Shown here: piece after piece, positions 28,915 to 37,523 of the stretch
How positions within the stretch are numbered: position 1 is the stretch's first letter
Layout: each line of letters opens with the position of its first letter
From: OCS155 cluster bacterium AG-426-D23
Lineage (GTDB): Bacteria > Actinomycetota > Acidimicrobiia > Actinomarinales > Actinomarinaceae
Assembly (NCBI GenBank): GCA_003213165.1
Contig: QCNO01000002.1
Coordinates: 7,237 to 71,236, forward strand
Length of the DNA stretch: 64,000 nt
Reading direction: 5' to 3'
Made by a program: the position numbers and the translations under genes
Notes under the pieces: generated by a model
Told to the model about the DNA's origin: nothing
Seen by the model: only the letters and a program-made list of their open reading frames with translations
The model's database searches: none

Positions 28915-29169
28915 ATGCCAGTATCCAAAAAAAGAACGAAAAATAACAGGCCTACTCAATCAAAAAATATATCGAGTCAAATGTCCTCGGGGAAAGGGCC
29001 TTCTCCGAGATGGTATGTTATAACAATGTCTTCTTTGATGATTATTGGAGTTTTGTTGATAGTTTTTAATTACTTAACACTTTTGCCTGGTTCAGTATCG
29101 AAATGGTATTTATGGAGTGGTCTAGCGCTAATTGGCGGAGGGTTTTTAATGACGACTAACTATAACTAA
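28915..29169 (+). CDS. crgA: Cell division protein CrgA
   Basis: MPxSKKR, PSPRWY, two TM segments, LMTT end. Confidence 0.88.
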   Translation: MPVSKKRTKNNRPTQSKNISSQMSSGKGPSPRWYVITMSSLMIIGVLLIVFNYLTLLPGSVSKWYLWSGLALIGGGFLMTTNYN

Positions 29170-29173
29170 TAAT

Positions 29174-30628
29174 TTACCTTAATAAGCCTTCATCTTTTAA
29201 TTCTTGAAATACATCATTAAAAGAGTTGTCATCTTGAAAGTGGTTTTTTAAATTTGATATAGTCTCAAAACTGCCATTTGAATTAAACCAACTTATTCGA
29301 GTTCTTCTTAATAAATAGTCTGTAGGCTTTACTGCTGAATAATGATTGATGCAAAGATCAACATCTTCATCGTTAATCGTATTTTTTAATTGAAGAATTT
29401 GATCGACAAATTTTAATTTATTCAATTTAAATTCCAGATTATATAAATTTTCCAAGCTTTCTTTTGCAATTATCCTAAACCCCGTAAGCTTGCCGCCCGA
29501 TATTTGAATAAAGTTATGATCAATTTCTTTAAAAAAATGTCCCCTTGAAATATTTTTTGAATTAGTTTCTGAACTATCAATTAGAGCTCTTACTCCAGAC
29601 CATGAAGATATATATTTAACTTTCTCTACATCAAAATATTTTTTTACATGTCTAATTAAATATTGTTTGTCATCTTCATTTGCGTATGGTCTATCAAGGG
29701 TGCCGGAAAAATATTCCGTATCCGTGGTTCCGACTATAGTATTACCAAACCATGGAAGTATAAACATAACTCTGTCATCTTCTGTTCTTGGTAAAAGTAC
29801 TCCATTTTCTTTTATACACAGTGGATCACCTTTAAGGATAAGGTGTGCTCCTCCGCTATATTTTATAGAGGATGATTGCTCTTGATAACCGCCTGGAAGC
29901 TTGTGTGTTCCAGTTGCTGCAATGATTTTATTTACATGTATTTTATGGGGCTTTTGCTTTTCTGAATCGGAAAAGCTGATATCATATCCTGTATTGCTTC
30001 TGGATATATCAGTTATATCAATATAGTTCAATGCGATTGCATTATTGATTTCTGTTGCATTTCTCAACAGAGTCAAGACTAATTTTGAATCATCAGTTTG
30101 TGCATCTTGAAATATAAAGCTTTTAGAAAGGTTTGATTGTTTTAGTTTTGGAAAGAGTTTTAAAGTAGTATCTTTTGTGATGTTCTTATGTTTTTGGCCT
30201 TTTTTTCTCAAACCCAAAAAATCATAAAAAGTAAGTCCAATTTTAAAAGCTATTGGTGCTATCAAATTAGTTTGAAATAATTTAGGTAAGTCTGAGAAGC
30301 CGTCGTTTTTATATATAGGTGCCAGAAGTTTTAGAGGTTTATATAAACCACCTAATGAATCCTTAAGGATTGTTTGCTCTTTCAAGCTTTCCCGCACTAA
30401 ACCAAATTGAAGTTGTGGTAAGTATCTAATACCTCCGTGGAGTAGTTTTGTGCTTCTACTTGATGCTCCTGATGCAAAATCGTTTTTCTCCAGAAGAATT
30501 GCATTAATGCCTTCGGAGGCGGCTAGTTCAAGTATTGCAGAACCAACAACTCCCCCTCCTATAATTAGTAAATCGTATTCATTATTTTGTTCCAGATGGT
30601 TAATCTGTGATTTTCTAGAAAAATTCAT
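29174..30628 (-). CDS. glpD: FAD-dependent glycerol-3-phosphate dehydrogenase/oxidase
   Basis: IIGGGxxG, SSRSTKLLHGGIRYL, VGTTD and GGKLT motifs. Confidence 0.88.
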   Translation of the reverse strand: MNFSRKSQINHLEQNNEYDLLIIGGGVVGSAILELAASEGINAILLEKNDFASGASSRSTKLLHGGIRYLPQLQFGLVRESLKEQTILKDSLGGLYKPLKLLAPIYKNDGFSDLPKLFQTNLIAPIAFKIGLTFYDFLGLRKKGQKHKNITKDTTLKLFPKLKQSNLSKSFIFQDAQTDDSKLVLTLLRNATEINNAIALNYIDITDISRSNTGYDISFSDSEKQKPHKIHVNKIIAATGTHKLPGGYQEQSSSIKYSGGAHLILKGDPLCIKENGVLLPRTEDDRVMFILPWFGNTIVGTTDTEYFSGTLDRPYANEDDKQYLIRHVKKYFDVEKVKYISSWSGVRALIDSSETNSKNISRGHFFKEIDHNFIQISGGKLTGFRIIAKESLENLYNLEFKLNKLKFVDQILQLKNTINDEDVDLCINHYSAVKPTDYLLRRTRISWFNSNGSFETISNLKNHFQDDNSFNDVFQELKDEGLLR

Positions 30629-30858
30629 TAATCAAGAGGTTGCATTTCTTCCTTACAGTGTTTTGGAGGTTCGTTAGCAACAACTGATTGCCTATTGATA
30701 GTAAGTTGTGTACCACACTTATTACAGTTAAATGATTGTGAAATTTCAACAACATCATCTGTATCAAGCTCTGGAGGAATGCTTGCTAATGAAGATATTG
30801 AATTTCTTAAAAACCTAAAAACTACAAAACCGATTAAAAGCGCTATTAAATAATCCAT
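30628..30858 (-). CDS. Small membrane-anchored protein with CxxC...HC motif
   Basis: N-terminal TM, CNKCGTQL and PPKHCKEEM. Confidence 0.7.
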   Translation of the reverse strand: MDYLIALLIGFVVFRFLRNSISSLASIPPELDTDDVVEISQSFNCNKCGTQLTINRQSVVANEPPKHCKEEMQPLD

Positions 30859-30878
30859 ATATTTAGATTACCTTCCTG

Positions 30879-30951
30879 TGGAGATGATGGGACTTGAACC
30901 CACGACCCCCTGCTTGCAAAGCAGGTGCTCTTCCAGCTGAGCTACATCCCC
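30879..30951 (-). tRNA. tRNA-Ala(TGC)
   Basis: GGGGATGTAGCTCAG..., anticodon arm CCTGC-TTTGCAA-GCAGG, G3:U70. Confidence 0.95.
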
Positions 30952-31039
30952 TCGCCTTAATATTATGCCCTTGATATGAGAGTAAATGAAAAAAAAATTT
31001 AAATATTTCTTTTAATAGACTATTGTTAATTAGACATAT

Positions 31040-31114
31040 GGGCCTATAGCTCAGCCTGGTTAGAGCGCATCCCTGATAAGGATGAGGTCGTTAGTTCAAA
31101 TCTAACTAGGCCCA
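31040..31114 (+). tRNA. tRNA-Ile(GAT)
   Basis: GGGCCTATAGCTCAG..., anticodon arm CATCC-CTGATAA-GGATG. Confidence 0.95.
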
Positions 31115-31134
31115 CTACTTTTTTAAAAAAGAGT

Positions 31135-32379
31135 TCACACTTCTTCTCTGTAAATTAGTCTTGTTCCCTTTTTGTTAAACAAGTATGAAAATATCCATTC
31201 AATAACTACTAGCAATTTAGATCGATAGCCAATTAAATAAACGATATGAATTACACTCCAAACAATCCAAGCTATAAAGCCTGACACTTCAATGTTTCCT
31301 ATCTTTCCAACAGCTTTATATTTGCCAACAGTTGCCATCATGCCTTTGTCCGAAAATTTAAATGGCTTTCTATCAATTTTTAAAATTTTGTTTTTTACAA
31401 TTTTAGCGACATACTTTCCTTGCTGAATAGCTACGGGCGCAATGCCTGGTAAAGAATTATTTTTTAAATCTTTATGATTTGCTGCATCACCTAATACAAA
31501 AACATCAGGGTCTTCTTTTAATGAACAATCTGGATCAACAATTGCTCTTCCATAATCATCAGTAATTGTGTTTAACTTACTAATCAATGGAGACGCTTCA
31601 TTTCCTGCAGCCCATATAATATTTCTGGATTTTATAATTTGTTTATTAGTTTGAACTATATGATCATTGACATTTTCTACTTTCTCGTCTTTTAGTACTT
31701 GGACACCAAAGTCGAATAAATATTTTTCTGTTTTATCTGATAATTTATTGCTAAACATTGGAAGTAACTTACTGTTTGCTTCAATTAAATAGACATTAGG
31801 ATCATCGGAGTTAAAATTTTCGAATTCTTTATTTAAATTTTTATACGCTATCTCAGCAATTGAACCAGCCATTTCAACTCCTGTTGGACCACCTCCAATA
31901 ACAACAAAATTTAAATACTCTTGTTTGATTTCATTATTTAATTCATTTTCTGCTTTTTCAAAAGCCTTTAAAAGATTTTCTCGAATTACTAACGCGTCAT
32001 TTATACCTTTGAGCCCTTGAGAATAATTAGACCAACTATCATTCCCGAAGTATGAATGAAGTGAACCAGTTGCAATAACCAACTGATCATAACTTAAATT
32101 AATACCTGAATCTAATTCCACATTCTTTTTATCTCTATCAACAGAGGTAACCTCACCTAAGACTACTTTTACATTTTTGGATTTTTTAAACATTCTCCTA
32201 ATTGGAAAAGCAATATTTGCAGGTGATAAAACAGCTGTTGCAACTTGATACAAGAGAGGTTGAAATAGATGATGATTTTGCTTATCTATTAAAGTAAATT
32301 CAATCTCTTTATTTGAACTTGCATTTCTAATGAAATTTAAGCCACCAAATCCCGCTCCAACAACTATAACTTTTTTCAT
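31135..32379 (-). CDS. ndh: Type II NADH dehydrogenase
   Basis: GAGFGG, FQPLLYQVAT, GGGPTGVE, WAAG and AxxAxQQG motifs. Confidence 0.92.
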   Translation of the reverse strand: MKKVIVVGAGFGGLNFIRNASSNKEIEFTLIDKQNHHLFQPLLYQVATAVLSPANIAFPIRRMFKKSKNVKVVLGEVTSVDRDKKNVELDSGINLSYDQLVIATGSLHSYFGNDSWSNYSQGLKGINDALVIRENLLKAFEKAENELNNEIKQEYLNFVVIGGGPTGVEMAGSIAEIAYKNLNKEFENFNSDDPNVYLIEANSKLLPMFSNKLSDKTEKYLFDFGVQVLKDEKVENVNDHIVQTNKQIIKSRNIIWAAGNEASPLISKLNTITDDYGRAIVDPDCSLKEDPDVFVLGDAANHKDLKNNSLPGIAPVAIQQGKYVAKIVKNKILKIDRKPFKFSDKGMMATVGKYKAVGKIGNIEVSGFIAWIVWSVIHIVYLIGYRSKLLVVIEWIFSYLFNKKGTRLIYREEV

Positions 32380-32443
32380 AGTAATAAAATTATATCTTGA
32401 AGACAGAAAAAGATTTATTAGATTTAAAAACAGAATTTAAGTA

Positions 32444-32641
32444 TTAAGTTTTATTCTTTCTTATCCATGAATAAGTTATAAATAGTGCCAATATAAAAAG
32501 TATTGAATTTGAATAAGGCCAATTAGACAGATTGAATTCAGAGTTTCTAAACAAAACATAGTCGATCAATCTAAAAATTAAACTGACAATTGTTCCTGAG
32601 AAAAAGAAAACTATAAAAATATTTATATACCTATTTTTCAT
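32444..32641 (-). CDS. Small two-TM hypothetical protein
   Basis: 65 aa, two hydrophobic segments, overlaps the upstream gene's end. Confidence 0.55.
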   Translation of the reverse strand: MKNRYINIFIVFFFSGTIVSLIFRLIDYVLFRNSEFNLSNWPYSNSILFILALFITYSWIRKNKT

Positions 32642-33038
32642 CTAAATGTCTCTCTAAATCACTTAGGTTGTTTAGTATTTTGTTACCATTATCCATTAGT
32701 CCCCAAATAAAAATGTTTAAAAATTTTACATTATTTGCATCAATACCAATTAATTTTTTGTTGTTCGCGAATGCGTAACCAATTTCAGCTGCAGTCCCAG
32801 AGTCTACATCTCTTCCAGTTAATAATGCGACCACTATATCTGCTTGCTTCAACGCATTTAAATCTGTTGTAAAAATTTTTATCTTTTCTTCTTGTGTATA
32901 TTCACCTGAAACTACACCTGCATCTCGATGAGGCAAAAAAGTTTTGTAGCCCCTAGTTTCAAATATTTCCGCGATACTTTCTAGATAATTTCTCTCATGA
33001 TCATCAAATAATGGTCCTGCAATATATACATAATTCAT
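32631..33038 (-). CDS. Nucleoside 2-deoxyribosyltransferase family
   Basis: YIAGPLF, LPH, DSGTAAEIGYA and N motifs. Confidence 0.88.
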   Translation of the reverse strand: MNYVYIAGPLFDDHERNYLESIAEIFETRGYKTFLPHRDAGVVSGEYTQEEKIKIFTTDLNALKQADIVVALLTGRDVDSGTAAEIGYAFANNKKLIGIDANNVKFLNIFIWGLMDNGNKILNNLSDLERHLDEK

Positions 33039-33043
33039 CTGTA

Positions 33044-33769
33044 TTAGAATTTTAAACTATTTAAATACTTTTTTATATCTGTTAGTTTTTTATAACTCAG
33101 AATACTTTCACTCATAGAGTTAATGCTATCTAAAATAGTAGGTTCCCAAACTTCACTCAGTGGATATACTTCAACCAAAACCAGGAACAAGCTTGTGTTG
33201 GTGTCTAGTGGTGTAGATATTTGTGTTTCAAGTCGAAAGAATAAATTTTCAAAACTTATAACTTCAGGTCTCGTTACTTCTGGATGGTTACTTAATGCTT
33301 TAATTGTTGTTACATTCCATACCCACCTTTGGATTGTATTTTTGCACATATATTTAGTTAATTTATCACTTGATTTCATAAGTAGCTCATTATCTGCAAC
33401 AGGCTTATGTAAAAACGAAAAATCTCTACCTAAGGCTTTTGAAGGTATCCAGCCACTTGGAAATACAAAACTTATTCCTTCTAGTTTTCCTTTATGCATT
33501 ACAGCAATATCTTCTTCTATTTGAAAAGAAAGTTCTTTTAAAGAGTCGTTTTTATTAATTTTTAGTTTTTCTTCAACTTTTTCTAGTAAGTTTAATCGTT
33601 GAAATAGTTCTGTTTCACCATATAAATCGCTTCCGTATAAAGCAACTTGGTTTATTTTTTGTTCAAGATAGCTTCTCCTGGGTGTTTGACTAATCAGACT
33701 ACCTGAATATTTTTGCATTGAAGGATTGTTGTTAAATGGTGTTTTGATGAAGTCCAAATACATTATCAA
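33044..33769 (-). CDS. Heme-dependent oxidative N-demethylase alpha-subunit family (DUF3445)
   Basis: EEDIAVM, FPSGW, LHxPV, RxxW and RxExQ motifs. Confidence 0.7.
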   Translation of the reverse strand: MIMYLDFIKTPFNNNPSMQKYSGSLISQTPRRSYLEQKINQVALYGSDLYGETELFQRLNLLEKVEEKLKINKNDSLKELSFQIEEDIAVMHKGKLEGISFVFPSGWIPSKALGRDFSFLHKPVADNELLMKSSDKLTKYMCKNTIQRWVWNVTTIKALSNHPEVTRPEVISFENLFFRLETQISTPLDTNTSLFLVLVEVYPLSEVWEPTILDSINSMSESILSYKKLTDIKKYLNSLKF

Positions 33770-33794
33770 TAATTCTATATAATTAATAATTAGA

Positions 33795-34535
33795 ATGAGT
33801 AAAACTGGACTGATATTATTTCACGGTTTTTTTGAACACAAAGAAAGACATAGACTCAACAAAGAATGGTTCGAAAAACTTGGTATCGAGTCTCACCTTG
33901 TTGATTTACCAGGTCATGGAGAAAATGCTTTAATCAAAGGAGATATTAGTTCTTGGGAAGAGGTTGATAGTGTATTACAAACCTCTTTTAAGAAAATTGA
34001 GCATTGTGAAACAAAAATTTTGTTTGGTCACTCTTTTGGTGGACAAGTTGCATTATATTCTATACTAAGTGGGCTACTCGACCCCGATTACTTAATTCTT
34101 TCAGCACCTACATTAGATGACAATTATCCAAACGTAGTAAAAAAACTATCAATCGTAATTTCAAAAATAGCTCCAAAATTTAGGTTTCCATCATCTGTCA
34201 GTAAAAAAAATCTCTCAACAGATAAAGAAGTTGTTGAAGATTATTTTCAGGATCCTCTTGTTTTTCGCTCAGTTACTGCAAGATATGGTAAAGAATTGAT
34301 TGATAACCAGACATTTGTAAATAATAATATTGAAAACTTGAGTACACCGACAATTTTATTTCACGGAGAAAATGATACTATCGTTCCAATTAAGGCGTCG
34401 AATGGTATTAAACAATTGGAGAATGTGGAGTTTATAACTGTAGAAAATTCAAAACATGAAATTCTAAATCAAGATACTAGGCCATTTGTGTTGAGTGAGC
34501 TACACAGATGGTTGAGGGAAAAACAGATAATCTAA
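33795..34535 (+). CDS. Alpha/beta hydrolase (lysophospholipase-like)
   Basis: HGxxEH, DLPGHG, GHSFGG, DPLV, HGxxD and HE motifs. Confidence 0.88.
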   Translation: MSKTGLILFHGFFEHKERHRLNKEWFEKLGIESHLVDLPGHGENALIKGDISSWEEVDSVLQTSFKKIEHCETKILFGHSFGGQVALYSILSGLLDPDYLILSAPTLDDNYPNVVKKLSIVISKIAPKFRFPSSVSKKNLSTDKEVVEDYFQDPLVFRSVTARYGKELIDNQTFVNNNIENLSTPTILFHGENDTIVPIKASNGIKQLENVEFITVENSKHEILNQDTRPFVLSELHRWLREKQII

Positions 34536-34537
34536 TC

Positions 34538-34560
34538 TTATTGCAAATTATTTGCAATAA
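34538..34560. promoter_or_regulatory. Palindromic operator (Fur-family-like) upstream of the Ni/Co ECF S component
   Basis: TTATTGCAAA-TTA-TTTGCAATAA, a perfect 10-3-10 inverted repeat 25 bp before the ATG. Confidence 0.6.
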
Positions 34561-34585
34561 TTTATTCCTTTTCTAAACTTGTCTT

Positions 34586-35521
34586 ATGCATGTACCTGAC
34601 GGATTTATTAATGCTTCTGTGTCAGCAGCAACGGGAGTTATTAGCTTTGGAACTTTGTGGGCATACATAAGATCTGCAAGTTCCTTGATAGCTGATAAAT
34701 TTATTGCTTTAACTGGGATGATGACTGCTTTAATTTTTGTTTTACAAATGATAAATTTTCCAGTTGCAGCAGGAACTAGTGGCCATTTGTTAGGAGGGGC
34801 TTTAGCTGTCATAGTTCTTGGACCTAGACTTGGTTTAATCTGTCTTTCAGTGGTTGTAATAATTCAGTCTCTTCTATTCGCAGATGGTGGACTAAGTGCG
34901 TTGGGAATAAATGTCATGAATATGGCAATTGTAACCTCTGTTACCGCCTGGGTCGTCGTGAAGTATTGGATAAAGTTTATTGGCAAAACCTTTTCATCAT
35001 TAATAGTTGTCAGCGTTTTGTCTGGAATTGTTAGTGTTGTTTTCTCATCAATTGCATTTATGGTTCAGTACATATTAGGTGGAACTATATCTATACCGGT
35101 GGGGACAGTCTTAATAGCAATGATATCGGTTCACTTTTTAATTGGACTTGGCGAGGGAGTAATTACAGCTCTAATTGTTGGATTGCTAATAAGGGTTAGA
35201 CCAGATCTTATATACGCTTACGATAGAGAAGATAAAAATACGAGAGCTGTTTCTTTTTATGGATTGTTCATCATGTTAATTTTACTACTGAGTCTAATTA
35301 CACCATTTGCCTCCTCTTCCCCAGATGGCCTAGAATCTGTTGCTGAAGAATTCGGTTTTCAGGAAACGGATGGATTAGTGCTTTTACTTGAAGATTACGG
35401 AATAAGTACTATAAATAATAACTTTGTATCAACATTTCTGAGTGCATTGCTTGGGATTGCATCGATAGCAATTATTACAGCTATGTTTATGAAGAGACGT
35501 GAGAGTGGGAAAAATTCCTAA
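34586..35521 (+). CDS. Ni/Co ECF transporter substrate component, CbiM/NikM fused to a PDGLE (NikN) domain
   Basis: MHVPDG N-terminus, GTSGH, DGGL, H..IG..EG and C-terminal ASSSPDGLE motifs. Confidence 0.88.
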   Translation: MHVPDGFINASVSAATGVISFGTLWAYIRSASSLIADKFIALTGMMTALIFVLQMINFPVAAGTSGHLLGGALAVIVLGPRLGLICLSVVVIIQSLLFADGGLSALGINVMNMAIVTSVTAWVVVKYWIKFIGKTFSSLIVVSVLSGIVSVVFSSIAFMVQYILGGTISIPVGTVLIAMISVHFLIGLGEGVITALIVGLLIRVRPDLIYAYDREDKNTRAVSFYGLFIMLILLLSLITPFASSSPDGLESVAEEFGFQETDGLVLLLEDYGISTINNNFVSTFLSALLGIASIAIITAMFMKRRESGKNS

Positions 35522-35613
35522 TAAATTTTTTGATTTCTATTATTTGTAGATATATATTTAGAGTACTTTTTGTGAAGAAAATCTTTATAGATAATCATTA
35601 CAAGAAGTATTAA

Positions 35614-35673
35614 GAGATAACCCTTGAGGCAGGAAATCTGGAAACAGATTGCGGAGTTTTCAAGGGTTTTCTC
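35614..35673 (+). other. Long stem-loop in a 337-bp intergenic region (candidate ncRNA or terminator)
   Basis: GAGATAACCCTTGAGGC pairs with GTTTTCAAGGGTTTTCTC; purine-rich internal loop; apical AATCTG-GAAA-CAGATT. Confidence 0.5.
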
Positions 35674-35858
35674 GTTTTATATCTGTTCGAGAAGTTTCCT
35701 ATTGTTTAAAATCTGTTTACTAAAAATTTAACACTCTAGTAGAAAATAAATTAAGTTATTAAAACAAACGCTCCCAAATTTGTTGGTATACATAAATCCC
35801 TAGGAACCTAATATCCTAGGGTGTTCAATTGATGAAAAATGGCTAGTATTTTTATAAA

Positions 35859-36437
35859 ATGGTTAACCAAATAAAATTTCAAACTTTAAATAACAAATGC
35901 ATAAAATGCAGGAAATGTTCTCTATCTTCAACACGAAAAAATGTAGTAGTTGGTCGAGGAAACCCAAACTCAAAGCTGTTTGTAATTGGTGAAGGACCAG
36001 GCCAACAAGAAGATGAACAAGGCGTTGCTTTTGTTGGAAGGGCTGGGAAAATGTTGGACTCAGCATTTTTATCGGTTGGCATTGATACAAATAAAGATTG
36101 TTACATTTCAAATATTGTTAAATGCAGACCCCCAGGAAATAGAAAGCCATACAAAAATGAAGTATCTGAGTGTATTCCTTGGTTAGAAAAACAAATAGGA
36201 CTTATTAAACCAAAAGTTATTGTACTGGCAGGTTCAACTGCGGTAGAATCTTATCTTCAAGTGGCTGAACCAATATCAAAAATTAGAGGGAAATGGATAA
36301 TAAAAGATGATATTAAATACATGCCTATTTTTCATCCATCTTACTTACTTCGAAACCCGTCAAAAGAAAAAGGTAAACCTAAATGGCTAACATGGCAAGA
36401 TCTAAAAAAAGTAAAGGAAGAACTTAATTTAACTTGA
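35859..36437 (+). CDS. Uracil-DNA glycosylase, family 4
   Basis: CxxC, GEGPG, FVGRAG, VKCRPPGNR and HPSYLLR motifs. Confidence 0.92.
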   Translation: MVNQIKFQTLNNKCIKCRKCSLSSTRKNVVVGRGNPNSKLFVIGEGPGQQEDEQGVAFVGRAGKMLDSAFLSVGIDTNKDCYISNIVKCRPPGNRKPYKNEVSECIPWLEKQIGLIKPKVIVLAGSTAVESYLQVAEPISKIRGKWIIKDDIKYMPIFHPSYLLRNPSKEKGKPKWLTWQDLKKVKEELNLT

Positions 36438-37343
36438 AAATTCTTCCTTAGTATTTAGCAACAGTGAAATAAAAATAAAAACTCCCGCAATAAAAATATT
36501 TGTATTAAAAGATTCTCCTAAAAATACTACACCGGCAGTCACTCCAACAATAGGTACTAGATAGTCAACAGAAGCAACTTGCAGTGCACTAACTCTCCTT
36601 ATTAACCAGGTAAAAGCTGTAAATGCACTTAAGTTTGCAATAACTAAAGCAGCTATCCTCAAAGTTTGAGATAGGTTTAATGTTTCTGTCTCAATATCAA
36701 AAAATATATATGCAATTAATGAAGCAACAATCATCAATGGATATTGGTAGCTCAACCAGGTAGCAACTTTGTATTTGGGTGCGTACTTTCTATTTAACAC
36801 TGTTGCCAATGAAATACACTGAACTCCAAAAAACGCCAACGTTCCTCCAAGGAGTATGCTTCCTTCATCTAAAAGCCCAGTTTCCTGTCTTAAAAATAAA
36901 TATGCAATACCTGCAAAACCTACAAGTATTGCTAAGTATCTAGTTTTTGAAATCTCTTCATCCTTTAAAAGTAGCTTTATCCAAATTACAGTAAATACTG
37001 GTGCGGAACTTATGAGAAGGGTCACAAGACCCGAAGAAATATATTGAAGTGCAAATATAAAAAACCAACTAATTGAAAACACAGAAAAGAACCCCGTTAT
37101 GGTTGCTTCTTTAAAAATTGTTGATTGAAATCCTTCTCTAATAAAAATGGCATAGTATAAAAATAACAAAGACCCTATCAAACAAACCCTTACCGTAACA
37201 AGATAGATTTCGTTAATACCTTCTATGAGAAGACTTCTAGATAACACATTGCCCATTCCCCACATAAATGCAGCTATAAAAATAGCAACAATGGTTTGGA
37301 ATAATGTTGGCTGCTGTAATGGTGTATTCGTAGTTGATTTCAC
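36429..37343 (-). CDS. DMT/EamA family transporter
   Basis: About 10 TM segments; WG, AxQY, PxF and LGE motifs in two EamA halves. Confidence 0.85.
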   Translation of the reverse strand: MKSTTNTPLQQPTLFQTIVAIFIAAFMWGMGNVLSRSLLIEGINEIYLVTVRVCLIGSLLFLYYAIFIREGFQSTIFKEATITGFFSVFSISWFFIFALQYISSGLVTLLISSAPVFTVIWIKLLLKDEEISKTRYLAILVGFAGIAYLFLRQETGLLDEGSILLGGTLAFFGVQCISLATVLNRKYAPKYKVATWLSYQYPLMIVASLIAYIFFDIETETLNLSQTLRIAALVIANLSAFTAFTWLIRRVSALQVASVDYLVPIVGVTAGVVFLGESFNTNIFIAGVFIFISLLLNTKEEFSS

Positions 37344-37401
37344 TCTTGAAATACTAATGCTCTCAAAAAGATAACTCTTATTGACAATTTTCGCTATTAT
37401 T

Positions 37402-37482
37402 AAATTAGCGGGAGCAAAAGCTGAGAGGGTTGTAAAAACCGACCGTATGAACCTGTTGGGTAATTCCAGCGAAGGGAAATCA
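37402..37482 (+). ncRNA. TPP riboswitch
   Basis: GGGAGC...GCTGAGAG...GACCGTATGAACCTG...TAATTCCAGCGAAGGGAA fits the TPP consensus. Confidence 0.9.
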
Positions 37483-37523
37483 TAACTTTTATCCCAATTA
37501 CAAACTATTGAAGGTGGTTATTT

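Noticed and set aside
35614-35673. Hairpin as SRP RNA or c-di-GMP-I riboswitch
   Set aside because: It lacks the SRP CAGG/AGCA symmetric loop at the right distance from the tetraloop, and lacks the second GEMM hairpin.
37381-37400. TTGACA upstream of the TPP riboswitch as a -35 element
   Set aside because: No -10 hexamer at 16-18 bp spacing before the aptamer begins.
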